Assembly (NCBI GenBank): GCA_045634325.1
Contig: JAZRAA010000040.1
Coordinates: forward strand, 33,002 to 97,001
Source: Acutalibacteraceae bacterium
GTDB lineage: Bacteria > Bacillota > Clostridia > Oscillospirales > Acutalibacteraceae
Reading direction: 5' to 3'
Length of the DNA: 64,000 bases
Shown: one piece after another, positions 30,293 through 38,325 of the stretch
Position numbering within the stretch: position 1 is the stretch's first letter
Layout: the number at the start of each line of letters is the position of its first letter
Translations under genes and position numbers: made by a program
The notes under the pieces: generated by a model
Told to the model about the DNA's origin: nothing
The model's database searches: none
What the model saw: the letters and a program-made list of their open reading frames with translations, nothing else

Positions 30293-30657
30293 TGGGAAGT
30301 TATCGTTCCGACCGTACAAGTGAAGATATCATGCGTGAACTGACCGCCATTCTGCGAACCGTCAAGGATCCCAGAGTAGCGGGCAAGATGTTGAGCATCG
30401 TGCGGGTGGATGTCACACGCGATATGTCCTATGCCACTGTGTTTGTCAGCGCAATGGAAGGATTAGACGTGGCAAAAGCTGCCGTGAAAGGCCTTGTATC
30501 CGCCGCCGGTTATATGCGACGGGAATTAGGGCTTTCCCTGCGCTTGCGCCACACACCCGAACTGCGTTTTGTAGCCGATGATTCCATCGCTTACAGTGCG
30601 GGTATCGCCGCGACACTCAACCGCCTCCACAAGGAGGAAAGCGAAGATGAACAATAA
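30292..30657 (+). CDS. rbfA: ribosome-binding factor A
   Basis: 121 aa with SIVRVDVTRDMSYATVFVS...HTPELRF. TAATG overlap with infB. Confidence 0.93.
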   Translation: MGSYRSDRTSEDIMRELTAILRTVKDPRVAGKMLSIVRVDVTRDMSYATVFVSAMEGLDVAKAAVKGLVSAAGYMRRELGLSLRLRHTPELRFVADDSIAYSAGIAATLNRLHKEESEDEQ

Positions 30658-31615
30658 ACAAATCACACTTGAACAAACGGCAAAACTGTTGCTGCATGCA
30701 GATAATATATTGGTGCTTTGCCATCAATATCCCGACGGCGATACCATCGGTTCCGCCGCCGGTCTGTGTCTTGCTCTGCAACGGCTGGGAAAACGGGTGC
30801 GCATTGCCTGCAACGACCCTTTCCCGTCTAAATATGATTACATGACTGCACCCATCGCCTTGCAGGACTTTGCACCGGATTTCATCTGCGCCGTGGATGT
30901 CGCTGACAGCAAATTGCTAGGTGCCAACATGCAAGTATATGCGGATAAAATCGACCTTTGCATCGACCACCACGGCACCAATACCGGCTATGCGAAGCAG
31001 GTTTTGCTCAACGCCGAGGATGCGGCAACGACTATGCTCATTTTCAATTTGCTGAAATATTTGGGCGTACAACTTGACAATGAAATTGCCGCTTGCCTGT
31101 ATACCGGCATCGTGACCGATACCGGTTGCTTTAAATACAGCAACACCACTGCTTCCGCTCACCGCATTGCAGCCGACTGCATGGAAACAGGTATCCCCTA
31201 CGATATGATTAATCGCATCATGTTTGACACCAAATCCCGTGCACGTATCGAACTGGAACGCCGCGCTTTAGAAGGTATTTCGTTCTATTTCAACGACCGT
31301 CTTGCCATCATGGCAATCACCAACGAAATGATTGCGCAAAGCGGTGCTACTGAGGATGATTTGGAGGGATTGCCCCCCTTGGTGCGTCAAATCGAAGGCG
31401 TGTGGGTCGGTATCACCCTGCGCGAGCACGCAGACGGTGGCTTTAAAGTGAGCATGCGCACCGGTAAACACGCCAACGCCTCCAACCTGTGCAAACTGCT
31501 GGGTGGTGGAGGACATGCTGCTGCTGCGGGCTGCCGTATCGATTTGCCTTTGCAAGAAGCGACGGACAAGCTGATACACGTCGTCGGCGAAAATGTCCTG
31601 CGTATAAAGGAGTAA
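30647..31615 (+). CDS. nrnA: DHH-family bifunctional oligoribonuclease/pAp phosphatase NrnA
   Basis: DHH motifs HQYPDGDTIGS, DHHGTN and GGGHAAAAG. Start trimmed to ATG 30647 with AAGGAGGA at 30631-30638. Confidence 0.88.
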   Translation: MNNKQITLEQTAKLLLHADNILVLCHQYPDGDTIGSAAGLCLALQRLGKRVRIACNDPFPSKYDYMTAPIALQDFAPDFICAVDVADSKLLGANMQVYADKIDLCIDHHGTNTGYAKQVLLNAEDAATTMLIFNLLKYLGVQLDNEIAACLYTGIVTDTGCFKYSNTTASAHRIAADCMETGIPYDMINRIMFDTKSRARIELERRALEGISFYFNDRLAIMAITNEMIAQSGATEDDLEGLPPLVRQIEGVWVGITLREHADGGFKVSMRTGKHANASNLCKLLGGGGHAAAAGCRIDLPLQEATDKLIHVVGENVLRIKE

Positions 31616-31619
31616 CATA

Positions 31620-32498
31620 ATGGACGGTATTCTTTGCATTGACAAGCACATGGAGGTAACCTCCTTTGTTTGCTGTGCCATGGCACGCCGTATTTTAAAA
31701 GAGAAAAAAGTCGGACACGCCGGCACCCTCGACCCGATGGCGACCGGCGTGTTGCCTATTCTGTTAGGTAAAGCCACTCGTGCTCTGGATTTCTTGCCCT
31801 CACATGATAAACGCTATACTGCCACCATGCGATTTGGCTTTCATTCGGATACGCTGGATGTCTGGGGAAAGGTGCAACCAACCAACGCACCCCTTCCCAC
31901 ATTAACGCAAATAGAAGCGGTTTTACCCGCTTTTCGAGGCGATATTCTGCAAGTCCCTCCCATGACCTCCGCGCTCAAACAAAACGGTAAACGGCTGTAT
32001 GAATTGGCGCGCGAAGGCATCGAAGTAGAACGAAAACCCCGCCCAGTTACGATTTATGCGCTGGAGATTATTGATTTTCAACCGCAAAAGGGGGAACTGA
32101 CCATCGATTGCCGTTGTTCGAAAGGCACATACATTCGCTCTATCTGTGATGACATCGGCAAGGCACTGGGGTGCGGTGCGGTGATGACCGCTTTGCGACG
32201 CACCGAGGCGGCAGGATATACATTAGATGCATGCGTACCCATCACAGACGATACAGATGCCGATACCCTGCGTGCGCATATTTTACCGATAGAAACCGCC
32301 TTTTCTTCCTACCCCGCCGTCACCGTTTCCGCTGCGCAAGCGATACGGTTTCAAAACGGCGGTGCTCTCAGTTTGCAACGCCTTCACACGACCTTGCCCC
32401 CGCACACCCCTTTGCGTGTGAAGGCACCTGACGGTATGTTTTTGGGCTTGGGACAAGCAGATGATACAGATTTAAAAGTATTAAAGTTGTTTGTATAA
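31620..32498 (+). CDS. truB: tRNA pseudouridine(55) synthase TruB
   Basis: Catalytic block HAGTLDPMATGVLPI. 292 aa. Confidence 0.95.
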   Translation: MDGILCIDKHMEVTSFVCCAMARRILKEKKVGHAGTLDPMATGVLPILLGKATRALDFLPSHDKRYTATMRFGFHSDTLDVWGKVQPTNAPLPTLTQIEAVLPAFRGDILQVPPMTSALKQNGKRLYELAREGIEVERKPRPVTIYALEIIDFQPQKGELTIDCRCSKGTYIRSICDDIGKALGCGAVMTALRRTEAAGYTLDACVPITDDTDADTLRAHILPIETAFSSYPAVTVSAAQAIRFQNGGALSLQRLHTTLPPHTPLRVKAPDGMFLGLGQADDTDLKVLKLFV

Positions 32499-32507
32499 GG
32501 TGACACG

Positions 32508-34073
32508 ATGAACGTATACGCTGTACCGACACAACTGCATACCGTTCACGACGCTGACCGTATCATTGCGGTCGGCGTATTTGACGGTGTGCACATCGGG
32601 CACAGTGCCGTGTTGACCAAAGCGTTGCTGGAACATGACCTCACTCCCGCTGTTTTCACATTCAAACAAAGTGACAACCTCAAATCAGGCGGCAGTTTGC
32701 AAACCGATGAAGCACGCCGTAAAATATTAGAACGGCTGGGATTTGCAGATATATTCGAAGCGGATTTTACCGCGATTCAGAATATGACACCGCAAGAATT
32801 TGTGGATATGTTGCACTGTAACCTGCACGCCAAAGCCATCGTGTGCGGTTTTAACTTCCGTTTCGGCAAAGGCGGGGCGGGAGATATTCGATTATTAGAG
32901 CAACTGTGCGCGCAAGCGAATATCAAGGTTATGGTGCAGCCCGCTGTCACCTTAGACGGTGAAGCGGTCAGCTCCACCCGCATCAAACAAGCGTTAAAAA
33001 ACGGAGATACTGCACTCGTACTGCGTTTGCAAGGCAGACCGTTCACGGTGGAAGCCACTGTCAAAAGCGGACAAAGGCTGGGGCGCACCCTTGGCTCCCC
33101 CACCATCAACCAACCCATTGAGGACAATATCGCCTTACCGCGTTTGGGCGTGTATGCTGCGGTTGCGACAGTGAACGGCCGTATGCTTCCTGCTGTTACC
33201 AATATCGGTATACGACCTACTGTCGGCGGAACAAAGCCGCTGGCGGAAACATATATTATAGATTTTGAAGGCGATCTTTACGGAGAAAAAATACCCGTCG
33301 AGCTGGTAAAATTTCTCCGTTCCGAACAGAAATTTGAAACGATTGTGGCACTGCAACAGGCCATCCAAAAAGATATCGCAGACACCCGTGCACTATTTGC
33401 CCCCACCAATACCACTCGTGCGGTGATTTTCGATTTCGACAACACCTTGGCAGACAGGCAAATCGCGTTTCACGCCTTTTTACAAGATTGGCTACGCAAA
33501 CATTTTCCGCAAATGCCGCAAACGGAATTGTTGGCATATTGTGACCGCCTTTTAGATGTCGGGCACTACGGCTTTGTACCTTTTTCCGCTGTCTTTGACG
33601 CGGCAAAAGAAATGTTGCCGTGGGAAAACCCGCCCACGCTCGAAGAAATGTTTGCATACTTAAAAATTGCATATCCTTTGCACACCACCGTGTTCGACGA
33701 TGCTGTGAAAACCATTACGCAGTTGCGCCGACGCGGCTATATCGTCGGTATTCTCACCAACGGTAACGTGCGTGTACAAACCGCAAAACTGGATATGTCC
33801 GGTTTGCGCCCGCTGGTTGACTATATGTTAATCGGCGGTGAAGAAGATATCCAAAAACCTGAGCCCGAACTTTTTTACCGTGTTGCCAAACGTTTGGGGG
33901 TACACCCTGCTGATTGTGTGTTTGTGGGTGATAACCCTAAAAACGATATTGAAGGGGCTTTAAATGCGGGTATGCGCGCCGTGTTCAAAGATTTCGGGTA
34001 TCCAACCGTCACAGTAGATGACCCTCAGGTGCCACACATATCCGCTTTGCAAGAATTACTCAATCTGCTTTAA
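32508..34073 (+). CDS. ribF: fusion protein: bifunctional riboflavin kinase/FAD synthetase RibF + C-terminal HAD-family hydrolase
   Basis: Residues 1 to about 300 carry FAD synthetase GVFDGVHIGH and the riboflavin kinase block GRTLGSPTINQ...PTVGG. Residues from about 305 to 521 carry HAD motifs IFDFDNTLAD, ILTNG, K(P) and VGDNPKNDIEGA. Confidence 0.88.
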   Translation: MNVYAVPTQLHTVHDADRIIAVGVFDGVHIGHSAVLTKALLEHDLTPAVFTFKQSDNLKSGGSLQTDEARRKILERLGFADIFEADFTAIQNMTPQEFVDMLHCNLHAKAIVCGFNFRFGKGGAGDIRLLEQLCAQANIKVMVQPAVTLDGEAVSSTRIKQALKNGDTALVLRLQGRPFTVEATVKSGQRLGRTLGSPTINQPIEDNIALPRLGVYAAVATVNGRMLPAVTNIGIRPTVGGTKPLAETYIIDFEGDLYGEKIPVELVKFLRSEQKFETIVALQQAIQKDIADTRALFAPTNTTRAVIFDFDNTLADRQIAFHAFLQDWLRKHFPQMPQTELLAYCDRLLDVGHYGFVPFSAVFDAAKEMLPWENPPTLEEMFAYLKIAYPLHTTVFDDAVKTITQLRRRGYIVGILTNGNVRVQTAKLDMSGLRPLVDYMLIGGEEDIQKPEPELFYRVAKRLGVHPADCVFVGDNPKNDIEGALNAGMRAVFKDFGYPTVTVDDPQVPHISALQELLNLL

Positions 34074-34075
34074 GA

Positions 34076-34110
34076 AAAGGAGCAACACCTCTCGGTGTTG
34101 CTCCTTTTTT
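34076..34110. terminator. bidirectional rho-independent terminator (ends the nusA-ribF operon and the convergent rnf/flavinylation array)
   Basis: Perfect 11-bp stem GGAGCAACACC/GGTGTTGCTCC (34079-34104), with TTTTTT downstream on the plus strand and TTTTC on the minus strand. Confidence 0.85.
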
Positions 34111-34140
34111 CACTTTGTTTATATGTAAAGCGTTATAACT

Positions 34141-34782
34141 TTACATCAATATTCCCTGTAATTCCTCCGCACTCGACGCAAGGGCTTTTGCGCCGTGCAG
34201 TTCTTCCCTGGAGCCGTATCCATACAACACACCTACCGTCTCAATACCGCAAGCACGCGCACCGTCCACATCAAAACTGCGGTCGCCTACCATACACACT
34301 TGAGCGGGTGTTTGTATGTGTAATTGCTCCAACGCATAACGGATAACATCCGCTTTTTCCACCCGTGCACCACCCAGTTCACAGCCCGAAACAAAGGTGA
34401 AATATTGTTTTAAATCAAAGTGTTCTAATATGCGCTCGGCATACACGGCGGGTTTAGAAGTAGCAAGCACCAATTTGAAACCCGCTTGCTGTAAAGCGGA
34501 AAGCATTGTCGGTATACCCTCGTATACCGTGTTTTCAAACAACCCTTTATCGCCATAATACACACGATATAAGCGCAACATTTCATCTGCTTGCTCATCC
34601 GTAAGTTTAAATACAATCTTAAACTGCTCTTTAAGGGGCGGGCCGATGAACGAATACAGTTCTCGTCTATCCTCCACCACAATGCCGAAATGCTGCAAAG
34701 CATACATAATTGCATTCGTAATCCCCAAAGCAGGGTCAGTGAGCGTGCCGTCCAAATCAAAAAATATATACCGTTCCTGCAT
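34141..34782 (-). CDS. HAD-IA family hydrolase (phosphoglycolate phosphatase/PpaX-like)
   Basis: FFDLDGTLTD, LATSK and VGDRSFDVDGA motifs. The ATG directly abuts the upstream stop (TAAATG). Confidence 0.8.
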   Translation of the reverse strand: MQERYIFFDLDGTLTDPALGITNAIMYALQHFGIVVEDRRELYSFIGPPLKEQFKIVFKLTDEQADEMLRLYRVYYGDKGLFENTVYEGIPTMLSALQQAGFKLVLATSKPAVYAERILEHFDLKQYFTFVSGCELGGARVEKADVIRYALEQLHIQTPAQVCMVGDRSFDVDGARACGIETVGVLYGYGSREELHGAKALASSAEELQGILM

Positions 34783-35277
34783 TTAGCGCCCTCCCATTTG
34801 TTTTACGTGTGGTAACAGTATTTTGGTGACCACACCAATCACACAGCCGGTGACGGCACCGGCACATAACAGTGGCAAAACATAATACAACACACCGCCC
34901 ATACCCAACAACGCAAACGCCACAAGGAGCTGTCCGATATTGTGCAACACACCGCCCAACACGCTAACCCCAATCGGGCTAAAATGCTGATGACGGTAGC
35001 AGAGGCACATACCGATGAAACTCAGCACGGCACCCGCCAGACTATATAACATACCGGACACCGAGCCAAATATAAACGTCGCAAGCAACACACGCACCAA
35101 TGATACCGTTACGGCGAGCGGCGCGCCCATACTGTATAAGCACAATAGCACCACCAAATTTGCTAATCCCAACTTCATGCCGGGAATACCAAACGGCAAT
35201 GGTACCAACATTTCAATATAACTGAAAACAAACGCCAGTGCGACCAGCATGCCGCCCAAGGCAATACGTTTTGACAC
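34783..35277 (-). CDS. Gx transporter family membrane protein (Hpre_diP_synt_I-like)
   Basis: 164 aa with 5 predicted TM helices and a Gly-rich sequence, LGGMLVALAFVFSYIE...GMKLGLANL. GTG start with an AAGGAGGG SD 6 nt upstream. Confidence 0.6.
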   Translation of the reverse strand: MSKRIALGGMLVALAFVFSYIEMLVPLPFGIPGMKLGLANLVVLLCLYSMGAPLAVTVSLVRVLLATFIFGSVSGMLYSLAGAVLSFIGMCLCYRHQHFSPIGVSVLGGVLHNIGQLLVAFALLGMGGVLYYVLPLLCAGAVTGCVIGVVTKILLPHVKQMGGR

Positions 35278-35289
35278 TGTGCGCCCTCC

Positions 35290-35676
35290 TTACAAATCCA
35301 CGTCACTTTGCTGACCATTTTCAACGGTGATAACCAGTTGATGCGGCAGACATATGACACTCTGTCCACGGCGGCTGACTTTTCCTTGCCGCACACACAG
35401 TCCGTCAGGACAATCCGCATCGCTGACCCATACGGCACCATCACCTATATGCACCGTATTAAAACCACCATTTGCATCTTCTATATGCAGTTCTCGTTCT
35501 TCTAGGAGAGAAAACTCACCGTACACTTCACCGTATACCGTGATTTTAACCATTCCGTTATGTGCGGTAGGATATAAAAACAACTTGCCCAAAAGGAAAA
35601 CTACGCACAACGCCAATACGAGCGCCAGTACGATACAATCGCCTTTTTTCAGAAATCGTTTTCCTCTTTTGATCAT
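35290..35676 (-). CDS. NusG domain II (DUF1312)-containing membrane-anchored protein
   Basis: 128 aa with an N-terminal TM (IVLALVLALCVVFLLG), then VKITVYGEVYGEFSL...VWVSDADCPDGLCV...ICLPHQLVITV. ATG 35674-35676 with a GGAAG SD. Confidence 0.6.
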   Translation of the reverse strand: MIKRGKRFLKKGDCIVLALVLALCVVFLLGKLFLYPTAHNGMVKITVYGEVYGEFSLLEERELHIEDANGGFNTVHIGDGAVWVSDADCPDGLCVRQGKVSRRGQSVICLPHQLVITVENGQQSDVDL

Positions 35677-35711
35677 CCTACACACTTCCTAGTTATGTAT
35701 CAAATCCAGTA

Positions 35712-35739
35712 TAGGCCGTCGGATATATCCGACGGCCTA
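35712..35739 (-). other. perfect 28-nt palindrome / stem-loop between the FMN-binding gene and the NusG-II gene
   Basis: TAGGCCGTCGGATA|TATCCGACGGCCTA, with no U-tract on either strand. Confidence 0.7.
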
Positions 35740-35743
35740 ACTC

Positions 35744-36301
35744 TTACTCAGCTTGTATATACTTTTCCTGCACAAAAGCGGCAACATCATTCACCGCTTT
35801 AACCACCGCCTGAGAGGTCACTGTTGCACCCGCAATGCCATCCACATGACTGCCGCGGCCCGCTTCGCCTGTCAGGTACATTGGCAACACACGGTCTTTG
35901 AAACGTTCTTTAAAAGAAGATTCCTTAATTCTGGCACCATAATATTCGCTTTCCTTTTGAGACAGCACCTCGATGCCACGCAATACCGTTGTATCCGAAG
36001 ATACCGTAATCGCCAATTTAATCGGCACTTCGCTGTTATATCCCGTGACAGCGGTTTGCACACGATAAGCTATCACATTTCCCTGTGCATCCGTACAGGA
36101 TTCAACGACCGAAATCGCCGCTTGTTCATCTGTGAAAATAGCGGTTTTAGACACAATCTCCGGCAACCCTTCCACAGGTTGTTCAAAAGAATTAAAAACC
36201 GCTTGCCGTGCCGCCGTGGCACACCATAACAACGCTGCGGTCAACACCGCCATGCACACAATCGATACGCCTATGCGCACCACTTTGTTTTTTCGTTTCA
36301 T
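35744..36301 (-). CDS. membrane-anchored FMN-binding domain protein (RnfG/NqrC paralogue)
   Basis: 185 aa with an N-terminal TM and an FMN_bind-like core. It carries the flavinylation motif VDGIAGATVTS. ATGA overlap with the apbE stop. Confidence 0.8.
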   Translation of the reverse strand: MKRKNKVVRIGVSIVCMAVLTAALLWCATAARQAVFNSFEQPVEGLPEIVSKTAIFTDEQAAISVVESCTDAQGNVIAYRVQTAVTGYNSEVPIKLAITVSSDTTVLRGIEVLSQKESEYYGARIKESSFKERFKDRVLPMYLTGEAGRGSHVDGIAGATVTSQAVVKAVNDVAAFVQEKYIQAE

Positions 36302-37359
36302 ACGGTATCTCCTTGATGTAAAAATGCAGTAAATCCATCGCTATATACCAAATCGCCGGTATGTTCCACCCAAACCGCCTCATATCCTTCGACGGTTTTG
36401 AGAAGCGCCGCCCCCTCTTGCTGCGGCATCAAAAACAAGGCGGTTGAAAGTATATCCGCCATCCCTGAATCCGGTCCTATCACCGAAACAGAGGCAAAAT
36501 ACTGTGCTGGTTGTAACGAATCAGGGTCAATCAGATGATGATAACGCACACCATCTACCTCAAAATACCGCTGATAATCGCCGCTGGTCACCACCGCACA
36601 ATTTTGTACATCCACTGTCAGCAGATGCTCTTGCGGATTTTTGGGGTTCTCGATGCCGATAATAAACGGCTTGCCCTGTTTGTCCCCCACGGCGACCACG
36701 TTACCACCCACACTGATTAAAGCGCTATGCACGCCAAGGTCCACAGCGTATTGGGCGACCCATTGCGCCGCCAATCCTTTTGCAAAGGCGCCCACATCCA
36801 ACGACATTGCGGTATCGGTCAATTGCACGGTGCCCGCCGCAGTATCCAGCACAACATTCGTTATGTCCGTGTGCTGATTAGCGGCTGACAGTGCCGCGTT
36901 CGACGGCGGGAGCGGTTTTTCTGCGTTACGTGCTTGATGCCACAAACACAAAACACTGCCCATCGCCATATTGACCTTGCCGTCGGTAAGGGTATATGCC
37001 TGCTTGCCGTATTGGAGCATACGCATCAAGTCTGTTGAAACCGTCACGGCTTCCCCCACGGCATCGTTGACCGCTTTTACATTCTGCAAACCTTGTATGG
37101 TATCGTAAATACTAAACTCATTGTGTAAAGCAGACAGTCGGGCGTGCAACTGTGCCGCCCAATCATCTGCCACCTGCTGTGACGTTGCATACAACTGTAA
37201 AACGGTCACCGTATCAAACACATCCAAATAGGTGTACTGGAACCGTTTTACAGTATCGGCACAACCGACAAAGGAAAAGAGCATCCCGCAGATGCATAAA
37301 AGCACAAGCAATCGTTTCAATGCCCTTTTCCTCCCCGTTTCAATCTTACACAGCAGCAT
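36298..37359 (-). CDS. apbE: FAD:protein FMN transferase ApbE (lipoprotein)
   Basis: Lipobox LFSFVGC, with ApbE blocks DVGAFAKGLAA, TSGDYQRYF and HHLIDP. 353 aa. Confidence 0.88.
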   Translation of the reverse strand: MLLCKIETGRKRALKRLLVLLCICGMLFSFVGCADTVKRFQYTYLDVFDTVTVLQLYATSQQVADDWAAQLHARLSALHNEFSIYDTIQGLQNVKAVNDAVGEAVTVSTDLMRMLQYGKQAYTLTDGKVNMAMGSVLCLWHQARNAEKPLPPSNAALSAANQHTDITNVVLDTAAGTVQLTDTAMSLDVGAFAKGLAAQWVAQYAVDLGVHSALISVGGNVVAVGDKQGKPFIIGIENPKNPQEHLLTVDVQNCAVVTSGDYQRYFEVDGVRYHHLIDPDSLQPAQYFASVSVIGPDSGMADILSTALFLMPQQEGAALLKTVEGYEAVWVEHTGDLVYSDGFTAFLHQGDTV

Positions 37360-38308
37360 TCATTGCTTTTTTCACGTTGATCAACATGGCGGGAACCATG
37401 ATGGTGCAGCCGGCAGCCGCATCGGTGATTTTAGAATCGGTAAGTTCCATACCGGCAATATCACCTTCAGTTTTGCCCGCCAAATATTTTTGCAGGTTAT
37501 CTACTTGCTCAAACCATTCCAAACCAATGCCGGAAGCAACTTTCATACCATAGTCATTTCCGAGCTGACGTTTGGTTTTCACTTCGCCGCTTTCTGCTGC
37601 AAATTTACCGTCGGTCACGGTGAATGCCTTTTGCAGTTCGTCAGCACGGCAGGCAGTTACTTTACCGTCTGCGCCAACAGCCACGCCGGTGAATTCAACG
37701 TCATAGCGAGGAGCGGTGTCTTCGCTGGAAGCATAACGAGAAGCGGTGACAGCCAGGCCCAATTTATCGGTAGCTTTTGCGCCGTCTTCTTTTGCATCGG
37801 CAGCAGCCTTGGATACCACTTTGATGAAATCGGTCACTACAATGGTGCAACCTGCGCTCAAGTCGGTGTCGACACCTTTGCCGTCTTGGGTTTGGATGCT
37901 CGAAACTTCGTTAGCTGTTTTGCCAACTACATATTTGCAGAATGCATCCACCTGCTCAAACCATTCTTGCTTTGCACCGCCATAGGTTTTCATGTTGTAA
38001 TCATTACCAAGTTCATATTTGGTTCTGAAATCCGCAACATCTTTCAAAACGTCGTTTTCTATAGCGGGTTTCAACTGCACTTCGTCCAAACGGCAGGAAA
38101 TGATTTTGCCGTCAGCATCGGTGAGTACCACTGCTGCGAGAGCGGTCAAGGAAGCTTCTTGCTCGCCTGCTTCGGCATTGGCGATGACCGCCATGCCCAT
38201 TTTGGTTTTTGCGTCATCATCATTTTGTTTGCCGCCGGCTTCCTTGGCGCAACCGACAAACGTCACCAACAAACATACTGCTAACAAACATGCCAATACT
38301 TTTTTCAT
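37346..38308 (-). CDS. internally duplicated lipoprotein with two FMN-binding-like modules (variant AGCT motif)
   Basis: Lipobox LLVTFVGC. There are two modules of about 140 aa, each with K-x-LGNDY-x-MK, EWFEQVD and GKT, and each ending D-x-x-AGCTI(V/M)V. This tail aligns residue-for-residue with the D-x-x-(S/A)GATV(T) flavinylation site of RnfG and of the neighbouring FMN-binding protein. AGAGGTG SD, 17 nt after the rnfB stop. Confidence 0.6.
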   Translation of the reverse strand: MKKVLACLLAVCLLVTFVGCAKEAGGKQNDDDAKTKMGMAVIANAEAGEQEASLTALAAVVLTDADGKIISCRLDEVQLKPAIENDVLKDVADFRTKYELGNDYNMKTYGGAKQEWFEQVDAFCKYVVGKTANEVSSIQTQDGKGVDTDLSAGCTIVVTDFIKVVSKAAADAKEDGAKATDKLGLAVTASRYASSEDTAPRYDVEFTGVAVGADGKVTACRADELQKAFTVTDGKFAAESGEVKTKRQLGNDYGMKVASGIGLEWFEQVDNLQKYLAGKTEGDIAGMELTDSKITDAAAGCTIMVPAMLINVKKAMNAAV

Positions 38309-38325
38309 TTTTCAACACCTCTTAC

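Noticed and set aside
28460-30319. 619-aa ORF antisense to infB. Similar long antisense ORFs occur at 26142-27149 opposite nusA, 11973-13046 and 13401-14285 opposite smc, and 37232-38284 opposite the lipoprotein.
   Set aside because: Each lies entirely inside a confidently identified gene on the other strand. They have no SD, and their translations are low-complexity and rich in Phe, His, Arg, Val and Gly with no recognisable motifs. They are typical shadow ORFs of a moderately GC-rich coding strand.
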